55,416 nucleotides of DNA from an uncultured Candidatus Saccharibacteria bacterium (GCA_964462215.1 CAYWVZ010000006.1:1-55416); one strand, 5' to 3'; counted from the stretch's first letter, positions 31,994 to 41,623 are shown. A program made the numbers and translations. The notes: generated from the letters alone by a model not told the origin.

Positions 31994-33157
31994 CTACTTG
32001 ATATAGTCGTGTAATTTGCGAGCGTCTTTGTGCTTGCGCAGTTTAGCTAGGGCTTTGGCCTCAATTTGGCGAATACGTTCGCGGGTGACGCTGAACTCCT
32101 GCCCGACTTCTTCTAAAGTGTGTGATTTACCGTCTTCCAGGCCGAAGCGCAGCTTGAGGATTTTCTGCTCGCGTTCTGTCAGGGCGCTTAACATGACATT
32201 AACGTGCTCTTTGAGCAGTTGGCCGGTGGCCGCTTCTTCGGGGCTGACGGACTCTTCATCTTCGATAAAGTCACCTAAGACCGAGTCTTCTTCGTCATCG
32301 CGCACGCTGGCGTCTAAGCTCGAGATGTCCTGTTTGATCTTCATGATGTGTTCCACCTTGTCGACATCGATTTCCATTTCTTTGGCGATTTCTTCGTTGG
32401 TTGGTTCGCGGTTGAATTCTTGGGTTAAGCGCCGCTGGGTACGCAGCAACTTGTTAATGGTCTCGACCATGTGCACCGGAATACGGATGGTACGAGCTTG
32501 GTCAGCGATGGCGCGGGTAATAGCCTGGCGGATCCACCAGGTAGCGTAGGTACTAAACTTGAAGCCCTTGTCGGGGTCGAATTTTTCGACGGCACGCAGC
32601 AGGCCGGTGTTCCCCTCTTGGATAAGGTCCAGTAGGTCCAGGCCGCGGCCGACGTATCGCTTGGCGATACTGACTACCAAGCGCATGTTGGCTTCAGCCA
32701 TTTTGTCTTTGGCTCGTTTGTCGCCAGATACCACTTTTTGAGCCAGAGCCAGTTCTTCTTCGGCGTTGAGCAGCGGGATTTTACCGATTTCGCGCAGGTA
32801 CAGGCGCACCGAGTCGTCGGCGATGTCATCCAGGTAGGTTTGGTCACTGAGGACGATTTCTTCCTCTTCTTCGACCCATTCGTCGCTAAAGTCGGCGGCA
32901 TTCGGTTCGGTGGCACTAATAATGCTCAGGTTGAGTTCGGCCAGCTTGCCATACAGGCCGTCGAGCACGTCGATATTAGCCGGTACGTCGGGGATCAAGG
33001 CGAAAATATCGCGCTGGTCGATCTTGCCGTCTTTTTTGGCTTTGGCTAGCAATTTGGCCTTGGCGTCGTCAAAACTATGGGTTGGTACAGGTGTAGATTT
33101 AGGCTTAGATGCGGATTTAGGGGTGGGCTTGGGTTTTGCCGTCTTGGGTTTTGCCAT
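31994..33157 (-). CDS. rpoD: Primary RNA polymerase sigma factor (sigma-70 family)
   Basis: Regions 1.2-4.2 are present ([11 protein letters not shown]; [18 protein letters not shown]; [14 protein letters not shown]; [20 protein letters not shown]). Confidence 0.95.
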   Translation of the reverse strand: MAKPKTAKPKPTPKSASKPKSTPVPTHSFDDAKAKLLAKAKKDGKIDQRDIFALIPDVPANIDVLDGLYGKLAELNLSIISATEPNAADFSDEWVEEEEEIVLSDQTYLDDIADDSVRLYLREIGKIPLLNAEEELALAQKVVSGDKRAKDKMAEANMRLVVSIAKRYVGRGLDLLDLIQEGNTGLLRAVEKFDPDKGFKFSTYATWWIRQAITRAIADQARTIRIPVHMVETINKLLRTQRRLTQEFNREPTNEEIAKEMEIDVDKVEHIMKIKQDISSLDASVRDDEEDSVLGDFIEDEESVSPEEAATGQLLKEHVNVMLSALTEREQKILKLRFGLEDGKSHTLEEVGQEFSVTRERIRQIEAKALAKLRKHKDARKLHDYIK

Positions 33158-34945
33158 TTAAGCATCTCCTTGTTTGGTTACGTTGAGTAGGGCGTCGAGC
33201 GCCTTAGCTTTGGTGAGTAGCGTTTTGGTTTGGGCGTCGTCGGCCTCGTGCAAGGCACTGGTCAGCTCGGCTTTTTGGGTTTTTACATAGTGTTCTATCA
33301 GGCGAGTCTGCAATCGAGCGGCTTCGTAGCGAAGCTCCACGGCCTCGAGACTTTGATAGAGTTCCTCAAATATGACTCCTAATATTGTAGCGTATTCCGC
33401 AACGTTTTTCAATTGTTTGGGCGGCTTGCTTTGCTTGCCGCGGCCCTTGCCCGAGCCTTTGCCCGGGGCGGCAAAATCGGGGTGCTCGCGCAAAAACGTA
33501 AATAGTTCGCGAGCCGGTTCTTCGGGCAGCATGTCGGTGGTTAACGGCTGCAGGTAGCCGCGCAGGTTGGGCACCATGAACGCCAGTGCCAGCAGTTGGT
33601 TCTGGGCTTTGATAATCTCGGCAACGTGCGGGTCAACTTTGGGCGGTTCAGCCCGTTTTTTACGGGCCGGGCTGGCGGGGTTAGCTTTGAGTTTGTTCTT
33701 GAGCGCCTCGCGGCTGACACCCAACGTTTTGCCAAGTTTTTCCAGATAGTGCTCCTGCTCCACCGCGTCGTCGAGCGCCCGGACGGTGGCCAGCATGACA
33801 TCACTGTACTGGCGCTTGCCCTGGGCACTGGCTAAGTCCAGCCGCTCGGCATAGACCCGCATCAGCCAGTCCAGCGCGTATTCCGGCTGCGTAATGGTTT
33901 GCTCCCAGGCTCCCGGGTCTTTTTGGATAAGTTCGTCCGGGTCTTTGGCGTCTTTGACGGTGATGATGCTCAGATCAACGCCGGTTTTGCCAGCCAGCGG
34001 AATAATCCGTTCGGCGGCAGCAATACCGGCCTTGTCCTGGTCGAACGCCAAGCGTACGTCCGGCACGAACCGCTCCAGCGCCTTAAGGTGATATTCGGTC
34101 ATAGCCGTACCGGCGGTAGCTACCACATTATTGACGTGCACTTGGTGGCTGGCGACAACATCCATATTACCCTCTACCACCACGGCAAATTTGGCCTGGC
34201 GAATGGCTTGCTTGGCCAGGTGCAGCCCGAACACATGTCGGCTTTTGTCGTAGAGTATCGTCTGCGGCGTATTGAGGTACTTGGGCGCGTTTGGTTCGTC
34301 ATTCAAGAGCCGGCCGGTGAAGCCGATCACCTGCCCGCCCGGGTCCATTAGCGGAATCATAATCCGGCCACGGAACATGTCGCCGGGCCGGCCGGCGCGC
34401 TGGGTGCTGAGGCCGGCTTTTTTGAGTTCGTCGGCCGTAAAACCCTTTTTTAGTAAAAAGTCCGTCAGCGCCGCGCCGTTGTTGGGCGCGTAACCAAGCT
34501 GGAACGACAACGCTGTTTCTTTGTTAATTGTGCGTTTTTTGAACACATAATCGACCGCTTCGCCGCTTTTGCTCAGATGTACCTGATAGAACTTAGCCGC
34601 CAGCTCGTTGGCCTCATGCAGCCGCTGTTTCAGTTTGGCGTTGCCCTGGCCACCGCCGCCGCGGAACTGGCTCAAATCCACGCCGGCCTTACGCGCCAGC
34701 AAGTCCAGTGCCCCCTTAAAGTCCTGCCCTTCCATCTCCATCACAAAGGTGAAGATGTCGCCGCCCTTGCCGCTGCTAAAGTCATGCCAAATCTGTTTTT
34801 CGGGGCTGACCATCAGGCTGGCCGTCTTTTCGTTGCTAAATGGGCTGAGCGCCTTAAAGTTACGGCCGGCACGTTTGAGCTCGACGTACTCGCCCACTAC
34901 GTCTTCGACGTTCAACCGCTGCTTAACCTCATCAACCGCATCCAT
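33158..34945 (-). CDS. dnaG: DNA primase
   Basis: 595 aa. N-terminal zinc-binding-domain-like region (ALSPFSNEKTASLMVSPEKQIWHDFSSGKGGD; the canonical Cys/His ligands are not evident), TOPRIM (VVEGNMDV ... AFDQDKAG). Abuts the rpoD start. Confidence 0.92.
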   Translation of the reverse strand: MDAVDEVKQRLNVEDVVGEYVELKRAGRNFKALSPFSNEKTASLMVSPEKQIWHDFSSGKGGDIFTFVMEMEGQDFKGALDLLARKAGVDLSQFRGGGGQGNAKLKQRLHEANELAAKFYQVHLSKSGEAVDYVFKKRTINKETALSFQLGYAPNNGAALTDFLLKKGFTADELKKAGLSTQRAGRPGDMFRGRIMIPLMDPGGQVIGFTGRLLNDEPNAPKYLNTPQTILYDKSRHVFGLHLAKQAIRQAKFAVVVEGNMDVVASHQVHVNNVVATAGTAMTEYHLKALERFVPDVRLAFDQDKAGIAAAERIIPLAGKTGVDLSIITVKDAKDPDELIQKDPGAWEQTITQPEYALDWLMRVYAERLDLASAQGKRQYSDVMLATVRALDDAVEQEHYLEKLGKTLGVSREALKNKLKANPASPARKKRAEPPKVDPHVAEIIKAQNQLLALAFMVPNLRGYLQPLTTDMLPEEPARELFTFLREHPDFAAPGKGSGKGRGKQSKPPKQLKNVAEYATILGVIFEELYQSLEAVELRYEAARLQTRLIEHYVKTQKAELTSALHEADDAQTKTLLTKAKALDALLNVTKQGDA

Positions 34946-35014
34946 ACCCCTATTGTACGCTATGCCAACTTCTTAAACATAAGCAAACAAAAGAGCCTGA
35001 ACGGTTTGGTATAT

Positions 35015-35323
35015 TTAATTATCTTCATCAGAGAGCAGGTCCTTCATGAGGTCACCGACATCAGTGTACCCCCTGACTTTGCCCTGGCTCTCGAGCTTTT
35101 TATGTTCAGCAAGTTCGCGATCAAAACGGTCGGCGACCTCTTGGGGAGGTTCCGGCCATGGTTCGGCGTCAAAATCAATGGTTCGGCCGTCGGCCTGGGC
35201 TTTGGCCCAAACGCGGATCATGGCCTGGATGGAATCAAAGCCCAGCGCCTTAGAACGCGCTGCTAAAGCGTCGCGCAGTGACTTTTCCATCGGTACTTGG
35301 ATTTTAACAGTCGTGCTACTCAT
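35015..35323 (-). CDS. Ribbon-helix-helix (CopG/antitoxin-like) small protein
   Basis: VKIQVPMEKSLRDALAARSKALGFDSIQAMIRVW fits a beta-strand/helix/helix RHH pattern, followed by an acidic tail. It is the first gene upstream of dnaG-rpoD. Confidence 0.45.
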   Translation of the reverse strand: MSSTTVKIQVPMEKSLRDALAARSKALGFDSIQAMIRVWAKAQADGRTIDFDAEPWPEPPQEVADRFDRELAEHKKLESQGKVRGYTDVGDLMKDLLSDEDN

Positions 35324-35358
35324 ACCAAAATGGTATCAAAATAGTCTTTTGATGTCAA
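35322..35358 (-). promoter_or_regulatory. Promoter plus operator palindrome of the RHH gene (leaderless layout)
   Basis: On the minus strand: TTGACA (35353-35358), a 17-nt spacer, TACCAT (35330-35335), 6 nt, then ATG (35323). The palindrome ATACCA-N3-TGGTAT (35322-35336) spans the -10 and the start codon. Confidence 0.5.
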
Positions 35359-35455
35359 GCCAAGCCGGGCGGGATGTTAACGTATCGGGCAAGCGATGTG
35401 ACCGGGCCGGTTGTGGCGCTGGTCAGGCATGTACCGCATATGCTTAAATACATGT

Positions 35456-36094
35456 ATGCCTCCAAACCAACCCGTACCGCCGCCCGTTGGCGGCTCGAAC
35501 CAGTACGACTTCATCATGCAGGACCCGCAAAAGCCCAAGCGCTCCCTGCTGCCTAGTGGTGCTTCGCGCAAGCAGCGCCTGATTGTCGGCGGCCTGGGGT
35601 TGGGCGGCGTGCTTACCTTGTTTATTATCATCCTGGTTGTCATTTTTAGCATCGGCGGCAGCAACGCTCAACCGATGATCGAACTTGCCCAGACTCAAAA
35701 CGAGATTGCCCGCATCAGTAATGCCGGCACCACCAAAGCCCGTTCGCCTGCCACGCTAAACTTTGCCCAGAATGCCTACCTTACTACTACCACCGGCCAG
35801 CAGCAAACGCTCGCCTATCTACAGAAAGAGATGGACCAAAAGATCAATACCAAACAACTGGCGGCAACTCAAAGCGCCTCCACCGACGAAACGCTCAAGA
35901 ACGCCGAGCAGGCCGGCACCTACGATACCGTTCTTTATACCATCCTCTATCAGCAATTGACCGCTTATCGAGACCGGCTGACTACAACCTATCAAGGTGC
36001 CAGCGGCGCCAAGCAAAAAGAGTTGCTAAAAAAGCTCTACGACAGCGTGGTGACGTTGCTCAAGAATCAGCCGGCACCCGCGACCAGCTCGTAG
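35456..36094 (+). CDS. Single-pass membrane hypothetical protein
   Basis: ATG 35456 (MPPNQPVPPPVGGSNQYDF...). TM span LIVGGLGLGGVLTLFIIILVVIF, then a helical extracytoplasmic domain. Confidence 0.5.
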   Translation: MPPNQPVPPPVGGSNQYDFIMQDPQKPKRSLLPSGASRKQRLIVGGLGLGGVLTLFIIILVVIFSIGGSNAQPMIELAQTQNEIARISNAGTTKARSPATLNFAQNAYLTTTTGQQQTLAYLQKEMDQKINTKQLAATQSASTDETLKNAEQAGTYDTVLYTILYQQLTAYRDRLTTTYQGASGAKQKELLKKLYDSVVTLLKNQPAPATSS

Positions 36095-36390
36095 GAGTGG
36101 CGAATCAGGTCCTGGACTTCCGGCCAACTGAGCTGGCCGGTCAGCACAATAGTGTTCCAATGCTTTTTGTTCAGGTGGTAGCCGGGTAATACCGTTTCAT
36201 ACTTTTCGCGTAGCACTTCGGCCAATTTGGGGTCGCACTTCAGGCTGATGCGCACCGGGTCTTTGCCCTCGGCGATTAAGGCGAACATCTTGTCGTTCAC
36301 TTTATACACCGCCACTTCTTCGCCGAACGGATAATCCAGTCGGGCGTTCGGCATGCTTAAGACGTAGGTTTCAACGGTCTTGTGGTCCAT
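36067..36390 (-). CDS. MmcQ/YjbR-family protein
   Basis: MDHKTVETYVLSMPNARLDYPFGEEVAVYKVNDKMFALI...PGYHLNKKHWNTIVL, with the family-typical HxNKKHWNT motif. ATG 36390 overlaps the orn 3' end by 20 nt. Confidence 0.75.
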   Translation of the reverse strand: MDHKTVETYVLSMPNARLDYPFGEEVAVYKVNDKMFALIAEGKDPVRISLKCDPKLAEVLREKYETVLPGYHLNKKHWNTIVLTGQLSWPEVQDLIRHSYELVAGAG

Positions 36391-36952
36391 CGCTATTTTG
36401 ATTACGGTTTTTGAACCAGTCCAGGTAGTATTGCAGCTCGGCAATCGAGGCCTGGATGTCATCAAAGGCCCGGTGGGTAGCGTTCTTTTCGTAGACGACG
36501 CCATATTTGCCCTGCATCAGGATTTTGAAGCTGCTGACGTCCAACATACGGTAGTGCAGCTTGAGGTCCAGCGACGGCAGCCAGCGCTTAATAAACAACC
36601 GGTCGTTGTAGATAGAGTTGCCGCCCAGCACGGCCAGCTCGCTGCCAAACTGCCGCTCAACCAGGGCGATAAGTTCTTGTTCGATGTCGCCCAGAGCCTT
36701 ACCTTTGTCGAGGTTTTTGACGAAGGTGTCGCGGTTTTCAGGGAAATCTTTCCACCAGGTGTTGGCCTGCATGCGCTTGACCACACGGTCGCGCGGCTGT
36801 TTGACGGCCGCTTCGTAGCTGGCCAGGGTCTTAAAGTCAAAGTCGGTGATTTCGGCGGCCACTTCAAGGATAACGTCCTGTTGCGGATCCAGGCCGGTCA
36901 TTTCTAAATCAACCCATAAAATCTTGGTCGGGATGGTGTCCGTATCGCTCAT
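36371..36952 (-). CDS. orn: Oligoribonuclease (DEDDh)
   Basis: ILWVDLEMTGLDPQQDVILEVAAEITD ... HRAFDDIQASIAEL. Confidence 0.9.
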   Translation of the reverse strand: MSDTDTIPTKILWVDLEMTGLDPQQDVILEVAAEITDFDFKTLASYEAAVKQPRDRVVKRMQANTWWKDFPENRDTFVKNLDKGKALGDIEQELIALVERQFGSELAVLGGNSIYNDRLFIKRWLPSLDLKLHYRMLDVSSFKILMQGKYGVVYEKNATHRAFDDIQASIAELQYYLDWFKNRNQNSDGPQDR

Positions 36953-36992
36953 TGCTGGGTATTATACCCCGTTACCGGCCGCACTCGAAATG

Positions 36993-37385
36993 TTACTTCT
37001 GGGGTTTAAAATCTAACGCCGCCGAGTTGATACAAAACCGCATGCCGGTCGGTGTTTGCGGTGCATCGTTGAAGACGTGGCCCAAGTGGCTGCCGCAGTT
37101 GGCACAAGTCACCTCTACGCGCGGTTCGCCCAGCGACCTGTCTTCCGCTAGTTTGATGGCTTTGGTGGTTTTCGGATCCCAAAAGCTGGGCCAGCCGCTG
37201 CCCGAGTCAAACTTTTGCTCAGAAGCGAAGAGTTCCTGGCCGCAGGCGGCGCATGAATACATACCGGTCTCTTCGTTGTGTAACAGCTTACCGCTAAAAG
37301 CCGGTTCGGTGCTCTTCTGGCGCAGTACGGCGTATTGTTCCGGCGTTAACTTTTTCCTGAGCTCGTCATCGGTCGGTCCACTCAT
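36993..37385 (-). CDS. msrB: Peptide-methionine (R)-S-oxide reductase
   Basis: LTPEQYAVLRQKSTEPAFSGK ... CAACGQELF ... GWPSF ... CANCGSHLGHVF. ATG 37385 lies 7 nt after a TATACT hexamer. The ORF-track GTG at 37415 has no SD. Confidence 0.9.
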   Translation of the reverse strand: MSGPTDDELRKKLTPEQYAVLRQKSTEPAFSGKLLHNEETGMYSCAACGQELFASEQKFDSGSGWPSFWDPKTTKAIKLAEDRSLGEPRVEVTCANCGSHLGHVFNDAPQTPTGMRFCINSAALDFKPQK

Positions 37386-37439
37386 AGTTTTTAGTATACG
37401 TGATCGGGCAAGCACCTGCTAAGGAGGTAGTTTGCCAAG

Positions 37440-37850
37440 TTAATTCTTCTTTTTGTCGAGCTTATCCAACCGTAGCCAACGGAACGTAAAGTAAATGATA
37501 GCGGCGATAATCACAAAGTTTATGATCACGTACAAAAACGCGCCCCACTCGAACGTGGCCGGACGGCCGGCGATCTCTATGTAAAACGTTTTGTCGCTCA
37601 AGCCCTCAGGCGAACCGACGATTAAACCTAAGATAGGGTTGATGAAACTGGCGCTGAGCTGGTCAACCAATATCCGAGCCTGCGTACCGATGATAAAACC
37701 GATAGCCAGCCCAATCACCCCTTGGGTACGAACGAATTCCACAAAGCCAAGGGCGTGGTCTTTGGTTTTGGCTTTGACGTGTTTAGCAGCCACCTGGTGT
37801 TTGGCCGGCGGCGCCACTTCACTGCCCTGACGGGTAACTTTTTTTGCCAT
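37440..37850 (-). CDS. mscL: Large-conductance mechanosensitive channel
   Basis: FVEFVRTQGVIGLAIGFIIGTQARILVDQLSASFINPILGLIVG, colinear with MscL TM1. Confidence 0.88.
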   Translation of the reverse strand: MAKKVTRQGSEVAPPAKHQVAAKHVKAKTKDHALGFVEFVRTQGVIGLAIGFIIGTQARILVDQLSASFINPILGLIVGSPEGLSDKTFYIEIAGRPATFEWGAFLYVIINFVIIAAIIYFTFRWLRLDKLDKKKN

Positions 37851-37896
37851 GGCTCTATTCTACCGCGAACTTCTGCAGAATGCAGCCATAAGCATG

Positions 37897-39561
37897 TTAG
37901 ATTTTTTGGGGCGTTGGAATATTGAGCAAAGTCAGGCCGCTGTGCAAGGTGCTTGCGTAGGCATCTACCAGGCTCAGGCGGATCGCTTCGCGCTCGTCGC
38001 CGATGACGCGGTTGTTTTCGTAAAAACGGTTGAAGGTTTGAGCCAGTTCGTATAAGTAGGTGCAGATGTGGTGCGGCATCAGTTCAGTGGCGGCCTGCTC
38101 AACAACGCTGGCGTATTCGCCCAGTTTGCGCACCAGGCTGCGTTCGCCTTCGGTAAATTCGGGTGCGGGCAGTTCGCCGGCCGAGGCTTTGGCCAAAATG
38201 GAGCGGGCGCGGGCGTAGGCATATTGCAAATACGGGCCGCTGTTGCCCTGCAAACTGACGGACTCCTGTACGTCAAAGGCGATATCGCCGCCTAAGCGCT
38301 GCTTCAAAAACGCATATTTGACTGCTCCAAGCGCAATGTCTTCGCGCAGCTGATCATTATCTGCTTCGACGGCTTTTCGCACCGTGTCGAGCACTTCAAC
38401 CGCCCGGGTGACGTTGCCCAGCCGCGAACTCATCTTTCGGCCGTCGCCAAAACGTACCGTGCCGTGGGTCAAATGGGTTTGCTTGGCCGCTAGTGCTTCG
38501 TTAATTTCGTTTAAGGCGGCAAATACCACTTTCATGTACTCGGCCTGGTCGTTGCCGGTCATGACAATACGTTTGTCGTATGGAAAATCCTCGACTTCGC
38601 TGACAACCACGCCCAAGTCTTTGGTTTCGTAGGTCGGCAAGCCGGCTGAAGTTATGAACACGCGGGTGTGCACACCGTACTCTTCGCCCTTAAAGACGAT
38701 GGCGCCGTCGCTTTCGCGGAACACCGTGCCGATGTTGGCTTGCACCAGGGCAACACCGGGCGGCGTGGCGGCCGATTCGGGATAATACTTGTCGAACGGT
38801 GCTACCTGCAGCTGCTCATAAAAACGCTTGAAGTAGTCGTAGCTCCAGTCGCGGCAGGTCCAGTAGAGTTGTGCTAGCGGGCTGTCATGGTCGTCGTCGG
38901 TATGGAAAGCATAAATGGTGTTGTTAAGTTCCTTGATTGCTGCGGCCGCTTTGGGGTCGTCCTCGTAGGCTTTGGCGCCGGCTACGTAGGCTTTGCTAAT
39001 CCAGCCGGCCTGTTCGCCTACCGGTACGTCGGCCAGTTTTTCGGGCTTGTCGCCGCCTAAAGCCTGGCGAATACCGTACAAACACTTGGCCACGTGCAGG
39101 CCGACGTCGCCGCCAAAGTTGGCCCGAAACACCTGTGCCCCACCCTGCTCGACTATATGACTTAAGGTGTCACCGACAATCGTTTGGTAGAGGTGGCCGG
39201 TGTGCAGTTCCTTGAAAGCGTTGGGGTTGGAATATTCCATTAGCACCCGCTGGCCGTCAAACAGTTTGCCAGGTTGGGCGGTAGCCGCTGCCCACAGCGC
39301 TTCGTCACTCAAAAAGAAGTTTAAAAAGCCCGGGCCGGCAATTTCGATCTTGGTAATTGAACCGTCGTGGTTGGCCTCCAGATAGCTTTTGAGTTGCTCG
39401 GCCAGGTGACGCGGCTGCTGTTTGAGAGGCTTGGCTAACTGCAGGGCCGCGTTGCTGGCATAGTCGCCGAACTGCTCGTCCGGCCGCGTCAGGTCGGGCT
39501 GCAGGCTGACGCCAAACAGTTCGTCGGCGGCAGTTGTCAGTAGCTCCACGAGATAGGTCAT
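37897..39561 (-). CDS. argS: Arginine--tRNA ligase
   Basis: 554 aa. N-terminal Arg_tRNA_synt_N-like region, class I HIGH-type motif PNAFKELHTGHL, and a C-terminal DALR anticodon-binding region. Confidence 0.92.
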   Translation of the reverse strand: MTYLVELLTTAADELFGVSLQPDLTRPDEQFGDYASNAALQLAKPLKQQPRHLAEQLKSYLEANHDGSITKIEIAGPGFLNFFLSDEALWAAATAQPGKLFDGQRVLMEYSNPNAFKELHTGHLYQTIVGDTLSHIVEQGGAQVFRANFGGDVGLHVAKCLYGIRQALGGDKPEKLADVPVGEQAGWISKAYVAGAKAYEDDPKAAAAIKELNNTIYAFHTDDDHDSPLAQLYWTCRDWSYDYFKRFYEQLQVAPFDKYYPESAATPPGVALVQANIGTVFRESDGAIVFKGEEYGVHTRVFITSAGLPTYETKDLGVVVSEVEDFPYDKRIVMTGNDQAEYMKVVFAALNEINEALAAKQTHLTHGTVRFGDGRKMSSRLGNVTRAVEVLDTVRKAVEADNDQLREDIALGAVKYAFLKQRLGGDIAFDVQESVSLQGNSGPYLQYAYARARSILAKASAGELPAPEFTEGERSLVRKLGEYASVVEQAATELMPHHICTYLYELAQTFNRFYENNRVIGDEREAIRLSLVDAYASTLHSGLTLLNIPTPQKI

Positions 39562-39582
39562 AACAGATGCCAGTATAGCAGA

Positions 39583-40281
39583 TTAGCGGCGAATCTTAGC
39601 GGGTTCGGTAGTGCGGAGAATAGTAATTAGTTGGTAGCCAACGATGTAGATGCTGCCCAGCAGCACGAAAAACATCAGCGTGGTCGTAAAGGCCTGCGGG
39701 TTAGATGCCGGATTAATGAACGGTTCGGAAACGTCAAAGATTACACCGGCCGGATTAACCAGCACGTCCCAGCTATTCCAGCGCAAATACCGGCCCAGAT
39801 AAATCGCAAAACTGCACAGCAGCAAGGCCAGTGCCACCAAGCCGTCGGCCTGGATTGGCGCCAAGCGCCGGCGTAACTGCCGGTGCACCAGGTACAGGCT
39901 CAGGTAGCCCAAGACAAAACCGTTCCAGATGAACGACACCATCATCACCACATCAAACAAGATACTGATATCCCCCGTCGCCTGCACATGGATCAGGTCG
40001 CTGACGATATAAAAGGCGTTGGGCAAAAAACCCAGCCACAAAACAGTCAATAGAAGATTAGGCCAAGCCAGCCAGGCAGTCGTTTTCAGCCGCAGCACCA
40101 GCCAGCAGCTGAAGCCCAGCGGAATCCAGGCCAGTAGCAGGTTCCAAGCCAAAAACCAGTAGTCAGACGTGCCGGTGCTGAACATGCGAACCAGCAGCAA
40201 AGCGACGCTTACGCTGGTAGAAAGCAGCAATACTACCAAGAGCCGATGTTGCTGTGACCGGGACACCTCACGTGTAGCCAT
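39583..40281 (-). CDS. DUF1361-like polytopic membrane protein
   Basis: 232 aa with about 6 TM spans. The WNLLLAWIPLGF motif is typical of DUF1361 (from memory). Confidence 0.55.
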   Translation of the reverse strand: MATREVSRSQQHRLLVVLLLSTSVSVALLLVRMFSTGTSDYWFLAWNLLLAWIPLGFSCWLVLRLKTTAWLAWPNLLLTVLWLGFLPNAFYIVSDLIHVQATGDISILFDVVMMVSFIWNGFVLGYLSLYLVHRQLRRRLAPIQADGLVALALLLCSFAIYLGRYLRWNSWDVLVNPAGVIFDVSEPFINPASNPQAFTTTLMFFVLLGSIYIVGYQLITILRTTEPAKIRR

Positions 40282-40341
40282 AGTCTTACTAGTATACCAA
40301 GAAGCAGCAAATCACCTCTAGAGTGGAGTATACTATGGCTA

Positions 40342-40983
40342 ATGCGTACCCTGAATGCCCTGTTAGATCGGTTGCGAAGCATAGTCAGAGCCGGCGCTCG
40401 GCACCTGGCTAAGGAGCTCGACGGCCTCAGCGGCGGGCGCTTGACGCCCACTACGGTCACTTTTGTTAGTCTGGCCGGGCACATACCGATTGCCTACCTG
40501 ATAGCCGTCGGCTACGTACGCTGGGCGGCCTTGTTCTTGGTAGTTTTCGGTTTATTGGATACGTTGGACGGCGAGCTGGCGCGGCTGCAGAAGCGGGCTG
40601 GTCCAGCCGGTATGCTGCTCGATGCCAGCACCGACCGTATGAAAGAATCGTTGCTGTATATTGCCAGCGCTTACGCGTTCGTCCGGCTGGACCAGCCGTA
40701 TATGGCGGTGTGGGCCGTGGCCGCTTGCGCCGGCGCCTTGCTGGTCAGTTACGTTAAAGCCAAGGGCGAAACGGCCGTGAGCGGCCACGGCCGGCACGAC
40801 ACCGTCAACCGGCTGTTCCAGGACGGCCTGATGCGCTACGAAGTCCGCATGGGCATTTTGGTGATTGGCCTAATCTTCGGCTGGCTGGCTGCGGCCATTA
40901 TTTTGATTGCCCTGCTCAGTTGGATAACTGCTTTCGGCCGGCTGCACCGCATAACCAAGCACTTGGATAATGCCGCGCGTTGA
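40342..40983 (+). CDS. CDP-alcohol phosphatidyltransferase family protein
   Basis: DTLDGELARLQKRAGPAGMLLDASTDRMKE matches DG-x2-AR-x8-G-x3-D-x3-D. Polytopic. Confidence 0.85.
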   Translation: MRTLNALLDRLRSIVRAGARHLAKELDGLSGGRLTPTTVTFVSLAGHIPIAYLIAVGYVRWAALFLVVFGLLDTLDGELARLQKRAGPAGMLLDASTDRMKESLLYIASAYAFVRLDQPYMAVWAVAACAGALLVSYVKAKGETAVSGHGRHDTVNRLFQDGLMRYEVRMGILVIGLIFGWLAAAIILIALLSWITAFGRLHRITKHLDNAAR

Positions 40984-41623
40984 CCTGCATACCCACTCGA
41001 CGGCTTCGCCGGACGGCGGCATCCGGGCGGAACAATACCGCCATGCCCTAAAAAGCGGCCTTTTGGATATGGTTGCCATAACCGACCATAACCGTATCGA
41101 TTTTGCCCAAGAACTACAGGCCGAGCTGGGCGACGCCATTATTATCGGCGAGGAGATTATGACCACTGAGGGCGAGATTATCGGTTTGTTTTTGCAGGAA
41201 CCAGTGGCCGCCGGGCAAACGCCGCGGCAGGCCGCGCAGGCGGTGAAGGCTCAAGGAGGTTTGGTGTACATTCCGCACCCGTTCGAGACAGTGCGGCGCG
41301 GCCTGCCGGCCGCCAGCCTGGCTGACATCGCCCAGTACGTCGACATCGTCGAGGTCTACAACGGCCGGGCCGTAGCCCAAAACCGCAGCCGGCTGGCGGC
41401 CGAGTGGGCGCGCGCCCACCACAAGCCGGCGGCAGCCAGCAGCGACGCCCATGGCGCCAGAGGCCTGGGCCACACCTATACTGTCGTCGACAAGCTACCC
41501 TCGCGCAAAGATTTCTTGCGACACCTGGCCAAAGCCCGCCTGGTGACAGCACGGCCGCCGCTGACCACTCTGGCTCACCCTAAACTCAACCGGTTGCGCA
41601 AAAAAATACGGAGGCCGGCATGA
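40970..41623 (+). CDS. PHP-domain phosphoesterase
   Basis: VDLHTHSTASPDG N-terminal PHP motif, plus ITDHN and SSDAHG. 14-nt overlap with the upstream gene. Confidence 0.8.
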   Translation: MPRVDLHTHSTASPDGGIRAEQYRHALKSGLLDMVAITDHNRIDFAQELQAELGDAIIIGEEIMTTEGEIIGLFLQEPVAAGQTPRQAAQAVKAQGGLVYIPHPFETVRRGLPAASLADIAQYVDIVEVYNGRAVAQNRSRLAAEWARAHHKPAAASSDAHGARGLGHTYTVVDKLPSRKDFLRHLAKARLVTARPPLTTLAHPKLNRLRKKIRRPA

